64,000 nt of DNA from Geosiphon pyriformis uo1 (lineage: Eukaryota; Fungi; Glomeromycota). The notes beneath the pieces are model-generated. The model did no database searches, was not told the DNA's origin, and saw nothing but the letters and a program-made list of their open reading frames with translations. The stretch spans positions 541,483 to 605,482 of the forward strand of contig JAAOMT010000586.1 in NCBI GenBank assembly GCA_016748015.1, given 5' to 3'. Both the position numbers and the translations under genes were made by a program. Positions 24,779 through 36,766 of this stretch are shown here, piece after piece (position 1 is the first letter of the stretch; each line of letters begins with the position of its first letter).

Positions 24779-26647
24779 ATGGACCTAGAGGCTGCCTTTA
24801 GTAGCAACATGTCTAAAAAGAAGGCACCAAAGAGTGCTTTTTATGGTCCTATTGATGGTTCTTTTTCGCAGAAAAAGAGAGTTGTGCTTGAAAATGTCAA
24901 ACACTTAGGTGATGAAAAGGATATTTCTCTGAACAGATCTGAGCTTGTTGACAGTGTGTTTTCTGATGTGGATAGTGTGTCTGGTGATGAAGAAAGTACT
25001 AACATAACCAGCATTAATGTTGAGTCTCTTCTGGATTCAGCCACTAATACTTCTAAAGCCAAGCATGTCAATACTGATAACATTTTCGGTTCACCTCTTG
25101 GTTCTCCTAATTTTGTCATGGATAATGATAAAGATGTCTCTCTTCCTTCTTGTCTTTCAATCTTTCTGGAAAAGAAATGAATTGACCCTAAAATTCTTAA
25201 AACTTAGATTGAGATATCTGTTAAAAAATTTTTTGCTCTTAATATCAATCTTAGTGCTATGGAAGAGAATTTGACAATGGCAAAAACTCAGTTAATTAGA
25301 AAAATTTTTTCATCAGTCAATGGTTTTGGGAGGGCCACTACTCCCTTAAAATTTGAAGGGATCATCCGATCTACCTTTACTTCCAAAAAAAGCATAAATA
25401 TGGCTGTATCTTTGGCCAGAGAAAGAGGGATCATCATAAACACTAATCTCAAAAAATCAGGAGTGTGTTCAGATCAGACTGTAGTAATCAAAAAAATTCT
25501 CATGGATACACCAAAAAAAATGATTGTCACCACAGTTGTTGAATTTGGTAATATTAAATCAATCAAAATTCAGTTAATTGATATATGGCAGAAGGCTGTG
25601 ATAAAATTCACTGAATCAAGTTAAGCCGATCTGTTGGCATCAAGATGATCATTTCTGATTGGGAAAGACTCAGTGCATGTGGCAAAAGCTGTGAGAGATC
25701 GTGATATCTGGGCATCAAGGGACCATTTTAGGGCATTTTTGTTTACTTTGCCAGTAGGAACAACTACACATAATCTTGGTACTCTTTTGGATAGGACTGG
25801 CAGTAAGACTTGTATCATCAATAGATCTTTGGACACTGGTAATAAGTTTTGTTGTGCTGTGATTGGCTTTGAATTTAAGAAGAATTTGAATTTAGCATTT
25901 CGCACTAAGCCTGTTTTTGGTGATATGCAGCTCTTATGGACTAGATTGGATTTGGTTTGGTATGGGAAGTGTGGGCATTTTGGGCATTCAGCTCTTGAGT
26001 GTAATGCTTCAGTTGGTTCTATGCCATTGTCATCTTCAGTTAAGTCTTTTAAAGATTTTGTTTCTGAAGAGAGGCATCTCCAGCTGGCCAAGTTATATAA
26101 AAAGAAGGAGGTTTCTATCTCCTGCCCTGTTGCCTTTGGTGGAAAGTCCTGAACCCAAGTGGTCTTAGTGGCTTCCCCTCTCTCTCGTGGTTTTCTTGCT
26201 GGTTCCAGCTCAAATTTTCTTCCTTTTTCTTATCATAACATTGGTGATGTTTCTTTTTTGAATAAACACTTGGCCTCTTTGGAACACTCGCTTGAGCTTT
26301 TTTCTGACCAGATGTTCACTATTGTTAGACATCTTGATAGTGCTGAACTGGTACCTTTAGTGTCTTCCTCTTTTGTCTCTTTTCCTAATGCTTTTGCATC
26401 TTCAGCTTCAGGTTTAGACTCGGATATGGTTTTGGATGGCACTTCAATACTGTTTGCTCTCTCTTTTTCTACTGTTGATGTTGGTGTGCATGTTTTCAGT
26501 TCTAGTAGCTCCAGAATTCTCACTAGCAAAGTGGGTGGCTTAGAGTCTAAGTTGGCATTTTTGAAGGTTTTTATTGGTTTGGTATTAGCACATTTAGATG
26601 ACTTGTGCTCTAGTTTGGGTGCTTTTTCGCATTCTTTCTCCAAATAA
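24779..26647 (+). pseudogene. LINE C ORF1 (gag-like)
   Basis: ORFs 24779-25180, 25259-25624, 25673-26152 (GKCGHFGHSALEC), 26159-26647. Confidence 0.88.
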
Positions 26648-29600
26648 ATAACCTAGTTTGGAAGTTCGCTATGTGTAATGTTTGGGGTCTCAATGTTCCA
26701 GCCAAATGGACGGATGTTGTTTGTTGGCATGTAAGCTCTGGGAGTATGGTTTCTTTTGTTACTAAGACAAAGTTGAGGCCTTCCTCTGGGCCATGGATCA
26801 AGGATAAATTTGAGGGAGTTCAGATTTTTACTTCTGGTTTGGATGTTGGTTATCTTGGTGCTGGTGTTGCTGTGATCATGAACAATTTTTTGGCTTACTA
26901 TGTTTTTAAGGTTGAGGTGGTTCCTGGTCATGTTATCTCAGTGTGTCTTTTATTCAAAAACAAACTTTCAGTAACTATGCTCAGTTTGTATGCTGGTGTC
27001 TCTTCTGGCATTTGTTTTGGGCAGGCATCTGAGGTTAATTTTCTCATTGCTAAGGCTGTTAATACCAGCAATTTTGTTGTTTTGGGTGGAGATTTTAATG
27101 AAAATGGGTCTAGGAGGAGTGCAAGTTTCAGGTTTTGCCTGGGTTTTGGTCTGGTCAATTCATTTGCCAGCTATCAGTTGGCATTGGCTCCTACATGGTA
27201 CAACTTGAAAGGGATTGAAAAAACTATTGATTATATTTTAGTTAGTAAAAGTCTGTCATCTGCTGTTGCTAAGCATTGGGTCGGGTCAGTTTTGGATTTT
27301 TTTGACATGGATTATAGTGCTGTCATGGTATCAGTTGGTCTGGGTGGGTATTTGGATGTTCAGTTGAATAGCTTGCACAGGCAGACTAACAGAGATCATT
27401 GGAAGTTCAAGATTAAGAATGCAGATATATCAAAGTGAGATAAGTTTAAGGATTGTGTTTTGGCAAGGCTTCTGTTGATTAAAGATGTCTTCGCTGATGC
27501 CAAAGCTGGTGGTGATTTGGATACTATGTGGGCAATTTTGGAAAAAAAAATAATTGAGTCTGCTGATGAGATTTTTTTCAAACTGTGGTTTAGCAAATTT
27601 TGTTGCTCTAGGAACAAACATTCTTTGAAGTTCTTTGGGTTGGAGTTGTTCATTGCAAAGATTCTTGGTGCAGTCCACTCTGGCGATATGCTTGAAATTG
27701 TCTGTCTCATAAAAAAATGGTCTACTTTGGATGAGAACAAAGCTTGCATGTTCTTTAATTTGGTTAGATTGGGTAAAAATAGTGGGGTTTTTCTTAAGTA
27801 TCTGTTTTCATTTTGCAAGGAATACAGAAAATCAAAAATGTTTGAATCAAAGCTAGCTGAAGAGACTTCTGTTAGAAAAGCTATAAAAAAATGCATGGAA
27901 AGTTTCACTTCTAATAAAAGGGGCATGATCAGAAGTATTTTGGACCGGTTTTTTTGCAAGGTGGTACTTGATCATTTGGTAGTTAATAAAGACTTGGTTC
28001 TGAAACCTGGGAAGGTAAAGTCTAAAGTAGATAAGGTCATGACAGGATGGACAAGAAAGCAGGTGATACCTACAGTGATGCCTGATCTCTGGGCTCACCA
28101 ATATGCATCTTTGGATTATGTGTAGAACAATGCTTTTTTTGGGGTAATGTGTGATATCAGTTTGGATGAGCTGCTTTCAGTGGTTAATAATCTTCCTGAT
28201 GGCAAGACTGCTGGCTTGTCTGGCATTCCTAATGAATTATAAAAACATGGTGGTAATGTGGTATTGGGTTGCCTTCTGGAGCTGTTGAATACATGTGTAA
28301 TTGTTGGTGAGATGTCTACTTTATAGAGGAAGGTGTAAGTGTTGATGATTCCAAAGTCTTATGACTAGAATGGGGTTCTTACAAACACTTAATCTATTGC
28401 ATTAATCAAGACTGCCAGGAAGATTCTCTCTGATAGAATTTCATCCACTGCAGCAAGTTTAGTATTCTTTGTGGTAATAATTTCTCTGTTTTAAAAAGTA
28501 TGTCTACACAGTTTCCAGTTTTTACTGTTAGCCTAGTGGTTGAGAATGCTTTGGAGAAGAATTGTAAACTTTGGTTAGTGTTACAAAATATGTGTAAAGC
28601 ATATGACTCAGTTGGGTGGCATTACTTGGAAGCGAACTTGAAATGTATTAAGATGTGCAGCAAATTTATTAGTTTCTTCAGAGGCATACATAATGATAAA
28701 ATTAATAGGGTCATAACAGATTTTGGTCTGTCAAATGGCTATCGTGTACACAATGGTTTGGATCAAGGTGAGGTCTTTTCTCCTCTTTTCTGAAGGATCT
28801 TCTATGATCCACTCTTGTGTGAGGTTAAGAGGCATAAACATTTGTGTGGATACAGAATTGATACTAATTTTGTGGCAAAAACTGGCAGAATCAAGAATAG
28901 TGGTGGGATGTTATCCTTTTTTGCTGCTGGTGCTTTTGTGGATGATATGATTTGGGTGGGAGATTGCCAGACTTCTATGCAGTATGCTCTTAATATTGCC
29001 AGTGAATTTTTTTCAATCAATGATATTTCTATTAACAATGAGAAAATAGTGGTTATTTTGATCAATTAGGGTGTCAAGGTTGCCTCTTTGAGTATTAGTG
29101 GTCAGCCAATCTCTATAGCAAAAAAGAGTGAAGCTTACAAATACCTGAAAATCTTTTTGTCAACTGAGAGGTTGTCCAAATCTAGTTTGGCCAAGGCATA
29201 TTCAGATGTTCATTTTTTTGTCAATATTGTACTTAGGAAGGCTATCACAGATAAGCAGTATTCTTATTTGGTCTCTGCTGTTTTGTAGCCAATTGTTAGC
29301 TACAGAATGCAGTTTAGTTTTGTTTCTTCTGGTGTATACTGCAAATGGGACATTTTGGTTAGGAAAGGCCTCAGGTCTAAGGCATGCTTGTCTCATGACT
29401 TCCCAAATAAGACTTTGCATCATCTTTTTCTTTATGGCTTGAAGTTTTTTGACCAGGTACAATCTGAGAGTAAGATGGCTGTAGTAATATCTTTTTCAAA
29501 TGCTCTGGGCATTCTTGGTTGGTTGTTTCTTCATTGCTTCTTGGATTTGCAGGTTCTTGGATGGACATTTTTGAATCTATTGCAGTTTCCAGTTAAGCTG

Positions 29601-31321
29601 CTCATTAGTCCTGTGAACAATTTTTTAGCTGGTGTGGTCAAAATTTTTTTGGATTGTGAGCTGTCTTTGGTGGGCTTTCTACCTAGTGCATTTAGGAACT
29701 CTGGTAATTTTTTTATGTCTGAGATTTTGGGAAAATCCTTGTTTTTTAGTTGTGCTTGCTCTTTGAAGTGTTTTGGAATTGCCTTTGGTAACAGACTCCT
29801 TGAAAAAAAAGTGCTGTGATGGATTGGAAGACTTTTTGTCATTGGAAGAGGCTTGATCTCAGGAGCCCTGTGCTTCACTGGTTCAATGTCACATCGAGGT
29901 TTTTGCTGAATAGGAGTTCAGTGCCACCTGCTGCTGTTAAAGCTGGTGGTTTTTCAGGCTGTAGCATTTTGGATTCTGAACAGTTTGCTTTTGTGTATAA
30001 TAGTCTGCTTGAAGTTTGGTCTGGCTCTTTTGATGTTTATATTGATGGTTTGTTGAAATTTGCTGGCTCACCCAGTGTAATTAATGGGGCTGCTGCTTAT
30101 TTTCTTGCTTTGGATTCAGGAGTTGGTATTGGTGTTCATGGGCTTTTATCTTCAACTTTATCAAAATTGCAGGCTGTGGCTTTTGCTCTGAAATGTGTTC
30201 CTCCCTCCTATGCAGTGGTTTTGCATCTTAACAGCCAAGCTGCCATTAATGCATGTGTGTCCGAATTAGCTTTTGCTGTTCCTGATTTTTGCAATTATTA
30301 TTGGATTGAGAGAAAATATATTGCCAATTTGATTAAGGATAAAGATCTTGCTGTAAATTGGGTTAAGGTCAAGAGTTATTTTGAGGTCTCTGGTAATGAT
30401 AGAACAGATATGCTGGCTGGTGAGGCTGCTGGCTCTTCTTTTTCTTTGCTGGCTGGGATTTGTGAGTGTTTTTTGGTGCCTGAGAGTACTGCAATTTTAG
30501 GTAACCCTTATCACTTTGTTAGAGATGTTTATAGATCTATTTGTCATGCTCATTGGGAGACTGGTCCAAGTCATAATGTGGTTCTAGTTGCTTCATTGCA
30601 GAGTTTTAATTGGATTGCTTCTGCACAAGTTTGGCATCCCGACTTGCACATGCTTGCTGGGTTTACCAGCCATAAGTCTGTGATTCTTCACATATACTTG
30701 ATAAAGGCTCTACACAGAAGGCTGCCAGTGGCTGTCCGCAAAAAGTTATATGATAAAAGTTATCCTAGCATGCAATGTTTATTGTGTAGTGAAGTGGAAT
30801 TGCCGGACCATGTCTTCATCTGTTTATGAGATGTTTATATTCAGGGGAACATTTTGTTAGAGGTGTCTGTTCATTGAATTTCTCTGGCTGGTGCTTGTGA
30901 CTTATCTTTTTCCTTTGTCTTGAGGACTCTTGATCTTTGTCATTCAGATGTCAGCTTGTACTCTGTTATGTGTAAAAGGTTTGTGCTTAAGGATTGGTGT
31001 ACAGAGGTGGTTGGCATTTTTGGTGATGTTAAGAATGCTACTAGTGTGGTGGTTGACTTTGTAAGATATTTGGTTAAGTTGTATTAATCCAAGATGTAAT
31101 TAACAAGATCTAAATTTAGAGTAGATATGTAGAGGGCAGGCTTAGTTGGTGATGATGGTTTAGTAGTGGGTCTTTCTTGTTGTGGGTCTTTTATGCTTTC
31201 AGATGGAGTGGTCAGATTGCTTGGTATTATAGAGTCTTTTACTGAAAGTTTTAGCTATTGCAGACCTTGTTTTTTTTTTTCTGGTTTGGATAGTAATCTG
31301 CATATTGTTTTAAGTGTGTAG
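26644..31321 (+). pseudogene. LINE C ORF2 (APE-RT-RNaseH-CCHC)
   Basis: GGDFNE, IDYIL; KAYDSVGW, DQGEVFSP, AFVDD; YIDG, NSQAA; CLLC...HVFIC. Confidence 0.92.
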
Positions 31322-32001
31322 TGTTGTCTTGTCTGGCCCGAGTGGCTAGCCACATGTAGAGAGTGCGTGAATTGCGCTTAGTTTAAACCACTTAGTTTGG
31401 TTCTATGTACTAGGTAGTGGTTGGACTTCACTCATTAAATTGTTTTAATAAAAAATTAAAAATTAAAAATAGAATAATATTATTTTAAAAAAAATCTAAT
31501 TAAATTAAAATCAAATAAATATTATAGTTTTTTTAACTAAATATTATTATTAATTATAAGAAAAAAATTTATCAAATCTATATATATTAAAGTAAAATCA
31601 AGTAAATATATTATAAACATAAAAAAATAAATATTAATATAATACTATAAAATCAAAAATAATTTAATTAATTCATATTAAATAATCAATTTTTGCAAAA
31701 AAAAAAGTTGAATTTATTAATAATATTAATATAATTATATTATAACCACAAATTTCAATAATTAACAGCAAATTTTCAATAGTTAAAAGTTTCAAAAAAG
31801 TTATATAATAAAGTTTTAAAACAGCTAACTTTATTTTTAGTGTATTATTATCAAAAATATCATGTATTAACAAAATCAATTATATTTTTTTGTTATTTTA
31901 TAGTATTCAATAAAAAATAATATATAAAAATATTTACAAGATTATTAAAAAAACTTAAAAAAAAATTTACAAAATATTAAATCTGTTTTGTTATTTTATA
32001 A

Positions 32002-32989
32002 TATTAGCAAAGATTTTTTTATTTTTTTTAATGTTATTAATGCTATTTGTTATTAATTTTGCTGTTAATAGAAATCAGTAAATTTCTAATAAACTAATAT
32101 TTTTTTAAAGTATTTTTTATACTTTAAATTATATATGCTATTGGACTTATAATAAAATAACCAATTTTATGCCAATTACTTATATAGTTATTTTGCAATG
32201 AAAGTTAATTCTTTTACAAAAAATTTTTATCTATAAGCTTTTTAAAAATATGTATGATTACTTTACTGTAAAAATTAATTTTTCTACAAAAAGTTTTGAT
32301 TGTAAATTATTTAATGATATTAAAAAAAATAAATAAATAAAAAATAAACTAAAGAAAAAAAAAATATGGCAAAAAAGTTATTTTAAATTCAGATCTGAAA
32401 GTTATTACTAGTTTATTAAAATTAATAGCTAATTAATTTTAAATTATTAATATAAAATAGTTAATTTTGAAGCAATAATAATTAAGAAATTTTATGTTTT
32501 TTAAATAAGTTTTATTGATTAATTTTTAAAAAAAATTATTCTAAAAAAGAGTATCTAATAAATAATAATTTTAAATTAAGATATATTTTCTTAAAAAAAA
32601 ATCTTTTTTTATATAATTTATTATAGTACTATTTTATAATTTAACACTTTTTTTTTTAATATTTTGGTAAACTAAAAATATATTTCATTAAACTACAAGT
32701 TATTTTTGTAAATTATAGATTATTTTAGTAAACTATTAAATATTTCATCAAATTATTAAATATTTTAATGAATTTTAAATATTATATAGTTTAGTATATT
32801 ACATAATCTAATTATTATAATTTGGTTATATATGTGTTCTGTACAAATTAGGTTATTAATTAAATAATAATTCAGATAATTTAATAAAATAATAAGTAAT
32901 AAATTAAAATAATAATATATATTAATTAATAATAAAAATTATAAAAATAATTTTATGCTAATTAATATCTTAAATTTCAATTGATAACA
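32002..32989 (-). mobile_element. Heavily AT-converted solo LTR of the same family as 882 and 20239
   Basis: The reverse complement starts tgttatcaattgaaatttaagatattaattagcat and aligns with the 20239 LTR at both ends. Flanks ATAA (31998-32001) and ATAG (32990-32993) form a 4-bp TSD with one G->A. Confidence 0.8.
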
Positions 32990-34804
32990 ATAGACTGTTT
33001 TGAATAAAAATGATAATATTTGAATGATTTAATCTTTTAAAACTTAGTATAATTATAAACTTTTTTTTTATCACAAGTTTACTGTTTTTATCAATATTAA
33101 CTTCTTAATACAGAATAAAAAAAGCTAATTTATATGATGTTTAGAAGTAAAAAATCAATTAAATTAATTGTTAATACAATACATTAAAAGTATAGTACTA
33201 TATACACAAAAAATATTATTAATAAACATGGCCAAATTAGAAATACTCTAAATAAAAGTTTTAATTATAATATTACTATATAGTTTTTACAAATATTAAA
33301 AAATAAATATGTAATTTTTTATATATTATCAAAAGATAATTATATACAAAACTTGTTCTTTATAAATATTAAAGTTGTATATCAAATAATTATATATTCC
33401 GAAGTGTTTATAATAAATACAACATATAAAACAAACTTATATAAGCTTTTTTTTGTTAATATTATTGATGTTAATAATATTGACAATACTAAAGTTTTTA
33501 ATAAATATCAAATTACAATAGCATAGATAATAAATAAACAAAAATTAAGCTTTTTAAAATATAACAAACAATATTTTTTCAAAAACAAAAAAAATACTCT
33601 GTATTTAGCATATGTTTATATAAAACTTATAAACTATATGCTAAAAGTTTTTTGATTCTAATAAAAATTATAATAAATTTTTGTTATTGGTTTAACAAAT
33701 TGCTTATGCTAAAAAAATAAATACAGTTAAAAAAATGTTCAATAAAATAAAACAAACAACAATAAAAAATAGAAATCTTAATTATATTCAAAATTATTTT
33801 AAAAAATAGAAAAAAGATGTAAAAGATTGAATACATATTTATATAAAAAATTATTTACATATAAAAATTTAATTAATACAGTAAATAAAAAAAAGCCATA
33901 ATAATTTAAAAAAGATAATAAAGACAGCAAGTAGCTTAAAACAGATATTGTTAATAACAATTATAAATAAATAAAACTTTTAATTTAAATATTGTTTCTG
34001 TTAATTTATTTATATATAACAATAAAAAATTTGAATAGTTGTTTAAAAAAATTTTCAGATAAATAATTAATTAAATAAAAAAAACATGTAAAACTAAAAA
34101 CAATAATATTTGTAAATACAGTTTAAGATTAAATTTTAAGTTATTATGTTTTATATATCTTTGTTAACAGAGTCTATTTTACTTTTTTTATATATTTTTA
34201 CTGTTTTTAAAGCATAATTTAATATTATTATTGTCTTTATTATTATTATTAACTAAAATAGCCATCAATAAAACTTTATATTAACTTGAAAAAAAATATG
34301 AATTTCTAAATAAATATAAATTAAAAATCATATTCTCGCAAAAAATTAAGGTTTTAACTGTTAAAAAAAATATAGTTTCAAAAACATTATTGTATATTAT
34401 ACTTAAAAAGCAACTAATATCTACCAAATAAAATTTTTTTCTTAATAAACTTTAGAATAAAGCTATTATAAAAATTATTACAACTTTTATATTATAATCA
34501 AATACTTATTTATATACATAAATATATAAAAATAGTAATAAATATGAATAACAATAATAATTGTGAATACAGAGTATTAGTTATATATTTAAAAAAAATA
34601 AAAGCAAATAATCAGAAATAAAAAAAAAATTAATTAAAAAAAACAATTCTATTAATTATTATTTCTTGTTAATAATAATTATTAGATGATATTTTTTTTT
34701 CTCTCGTCAATCCTCTAGCCACAATGAGAGTGTTGGTTTTTTTGCCATAGAAATAGCTTTCCTTTTACCTCCTACCCCTTGTTTTCACAGTTATTTTTCT
34801 TTCT

Positions 34805-36766
34805 TTGTCTTTATATGTTGCTATAGAACCAGTGGGCTTGTCTGCTGGTGGTTCTGGTGCTGGTTTGGCTGGATTGGGGACCTGGTCTAGCAGTAAAAAA
34901 AAAGCATGTGTTGATAGTATATACTCTCGTGGTTCATTGTTTAAGAAGCTAAAGAAGCCTGTAGCCGATGAGATAGTTGACTCGTCTGCTGGCCCTCTAA
35001 GCCTAGAAGATATTGGTGGTGCTAGTGTTAAGCCTATAGCATCCTGGGAAAGCAAAGTAAGCAGCGTTTCTAGCAGTGTGAGCAATCTCTCGGATGTTGA
35101 AAATATGGCAAACACGGTTGCCAAAGAAACCAGTTATGCAGAATTTGGTAAGAATGATGACATGAATGAAGATATGTCACAAAAAACTTGTACTTGAACT
35201 TACATGCTTGGTAACCTGCTGAAAACCCCATCTTTTGTTAATATAAGTGATGATGATAGAGCACCAAGTTTTCCATTTCCGAAGTTTAATGGACCCAATT
35301 AGCTGCCATTATCTAAGTCATGTGTCCTGAAGAAACATAGCTTCGAACCAGTCAAATTGTTCACTTTAGATGTTGAGTTGTCTGCTGTGCCTGGAAGAAC
35401 AAATAGTGATAAGTTGATTGTTATCAAAAAAATTTTTTATCGAATTGATGGTTTTGGGGGGGCTTTCACTCTCTCAAAATTTCCAGAAATTATTAGATTT
35501 TTGTTTACATCTGAAATGAGTTTGAATAAGACCAAAGAATTGGCAATCTGTGAAAAAATTTTGGTAAACAATGATGTTAGAAAACCAAACAGCCATTCAG
35601 ATTGAGAAGTGATAGTTAAGAAGATCCTGGTCAATCTTCCCAAGTTAGCAGTGGAATCAGCTTTTTCCAAATTTGGTAAAATTGTTTCAGTTAGAATGCA
35701 ATTAATTGGCTTATAGCAGAAAGCTTTTGTGGAATTTGAGTCAGCTGAGGTTGCCAGTTTGGTGGCTTCTAAATGGTCAGTATATATGGGAAAGAATTCT
35801 GTACATGTGGCATTGGCCATTAATGACAAACAAACATGAGTACTTAAGAATCATCATAGAGCTTTGCTTTATACCTTGCCAGTTGACACAACTGCTTATG
35901 ATTTGTCTGATTTGCTGGAATTATATGGTGGGAAAACTTGTTTTATTGGCCATAATTCTAGTTTGTATATGCGTAACAGATGTGCTGTGGTTTGTTTTGC
36001 TGATGAAGCATCCAAGTTGGCTGCTATTGGTTCTATTTCTGTCTTTAAGGGTGTGAACTTGTGCTGGGCTAGTCTTTCTCTGGCCTGTTGTGCCGAATGT
36101 GAACAATTTGGTCATATCTCTGATGTATGTTCAGTCAGTGAGAATGCTGGTGTTCACAGAAAACATGTGGTAACTGATCAGGATAGGGTTTATCTGGCTG
36201 GTATTTATAAGAAAAAACAGGCTCCTGTTGCTTGTCCAGTCTCTTTTGGTGGTAAAACTTGGGTTCAAGTTGCTGGTAGTGTCTCATCTTATTTGGTTTC
36301 TTTAACTTCTTTTGGTGCTAGTCAGCTCTCTGATACCAAGACTTTTTCATTTGCCTCTACTCTCCTTGGTAATTCTGATTTGTATAATTGTGTGGCTTTT
36401 TTGGAATGCTCTCTGGAGCTTCTGGCTGACCAGGTTTTTGGTATCCTTAGGAAATTGAGTTTTGTTGAATTGGTGCTCATAGTGCTGCTGTCTGGTGCTC
36501 TTTCTTTGGTTGACTCTGTGCCTGTGGCTTCTGTTTTGGACTTGAATATGGCTTTGGATGGTGTGTTGGCTTCATTTTTTCCCTCTTCCTCGAATGTTGA
36601 GTTGAGTGCTGGTTTTAATTCAAGTAGTTCAAAGGTTTTAATCACCAAAGTGGGTGGTTTGGAGTCTAAAATGTCAGCTCTGGAGGCTTTGGTCAGTTCT
36701 GTTTTGGCAAGATTGGATCTCTTGTGTTCTGGTTCAGGTTCTTCTTTACCTTTTTCATTCTTATGA
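34805..36766 (+). pseudogene. LINE D ORF1 (gag-like)
   Basis: ORFs 34805-35197, 35357-35605, 35864-36766 with an intact CAECEQFGHISDVC knuckle. Start is approximate. Confidence 0.85.

Larger units (their letters stand above)
24661..31455 (+). mobile_element. LINE copy C, full length, decayed
   Basis: 5' AAAACTTCTTTCTCTC, ORF1, ORF2, 3' UTR 31322-31450 and polyA. TSD is ambiguous in low-complexity aaaattaaaa flanks. Confidence 0.93.

Noticed and set aside
31322-31400. Calling a tRNA gene in the LINE 3' UTR
   Set aside because: No cloverleaf (acceptor and anticodon stems not found); kept only as a speculative A/B-box observation.
24641-31470. Exact TSD for LINE copy C
   Set aside because: Both flanks are aaaattaaaa-type low complexity, so a unique duplication cannot be assigned.
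32990-34600. Possible decayed DNA-transposon coding region flanking the solo LTR (also 31500-32000)
   Set aside because: It looks like converted coding DNA, but I could not read a diagnostic motif or termini.
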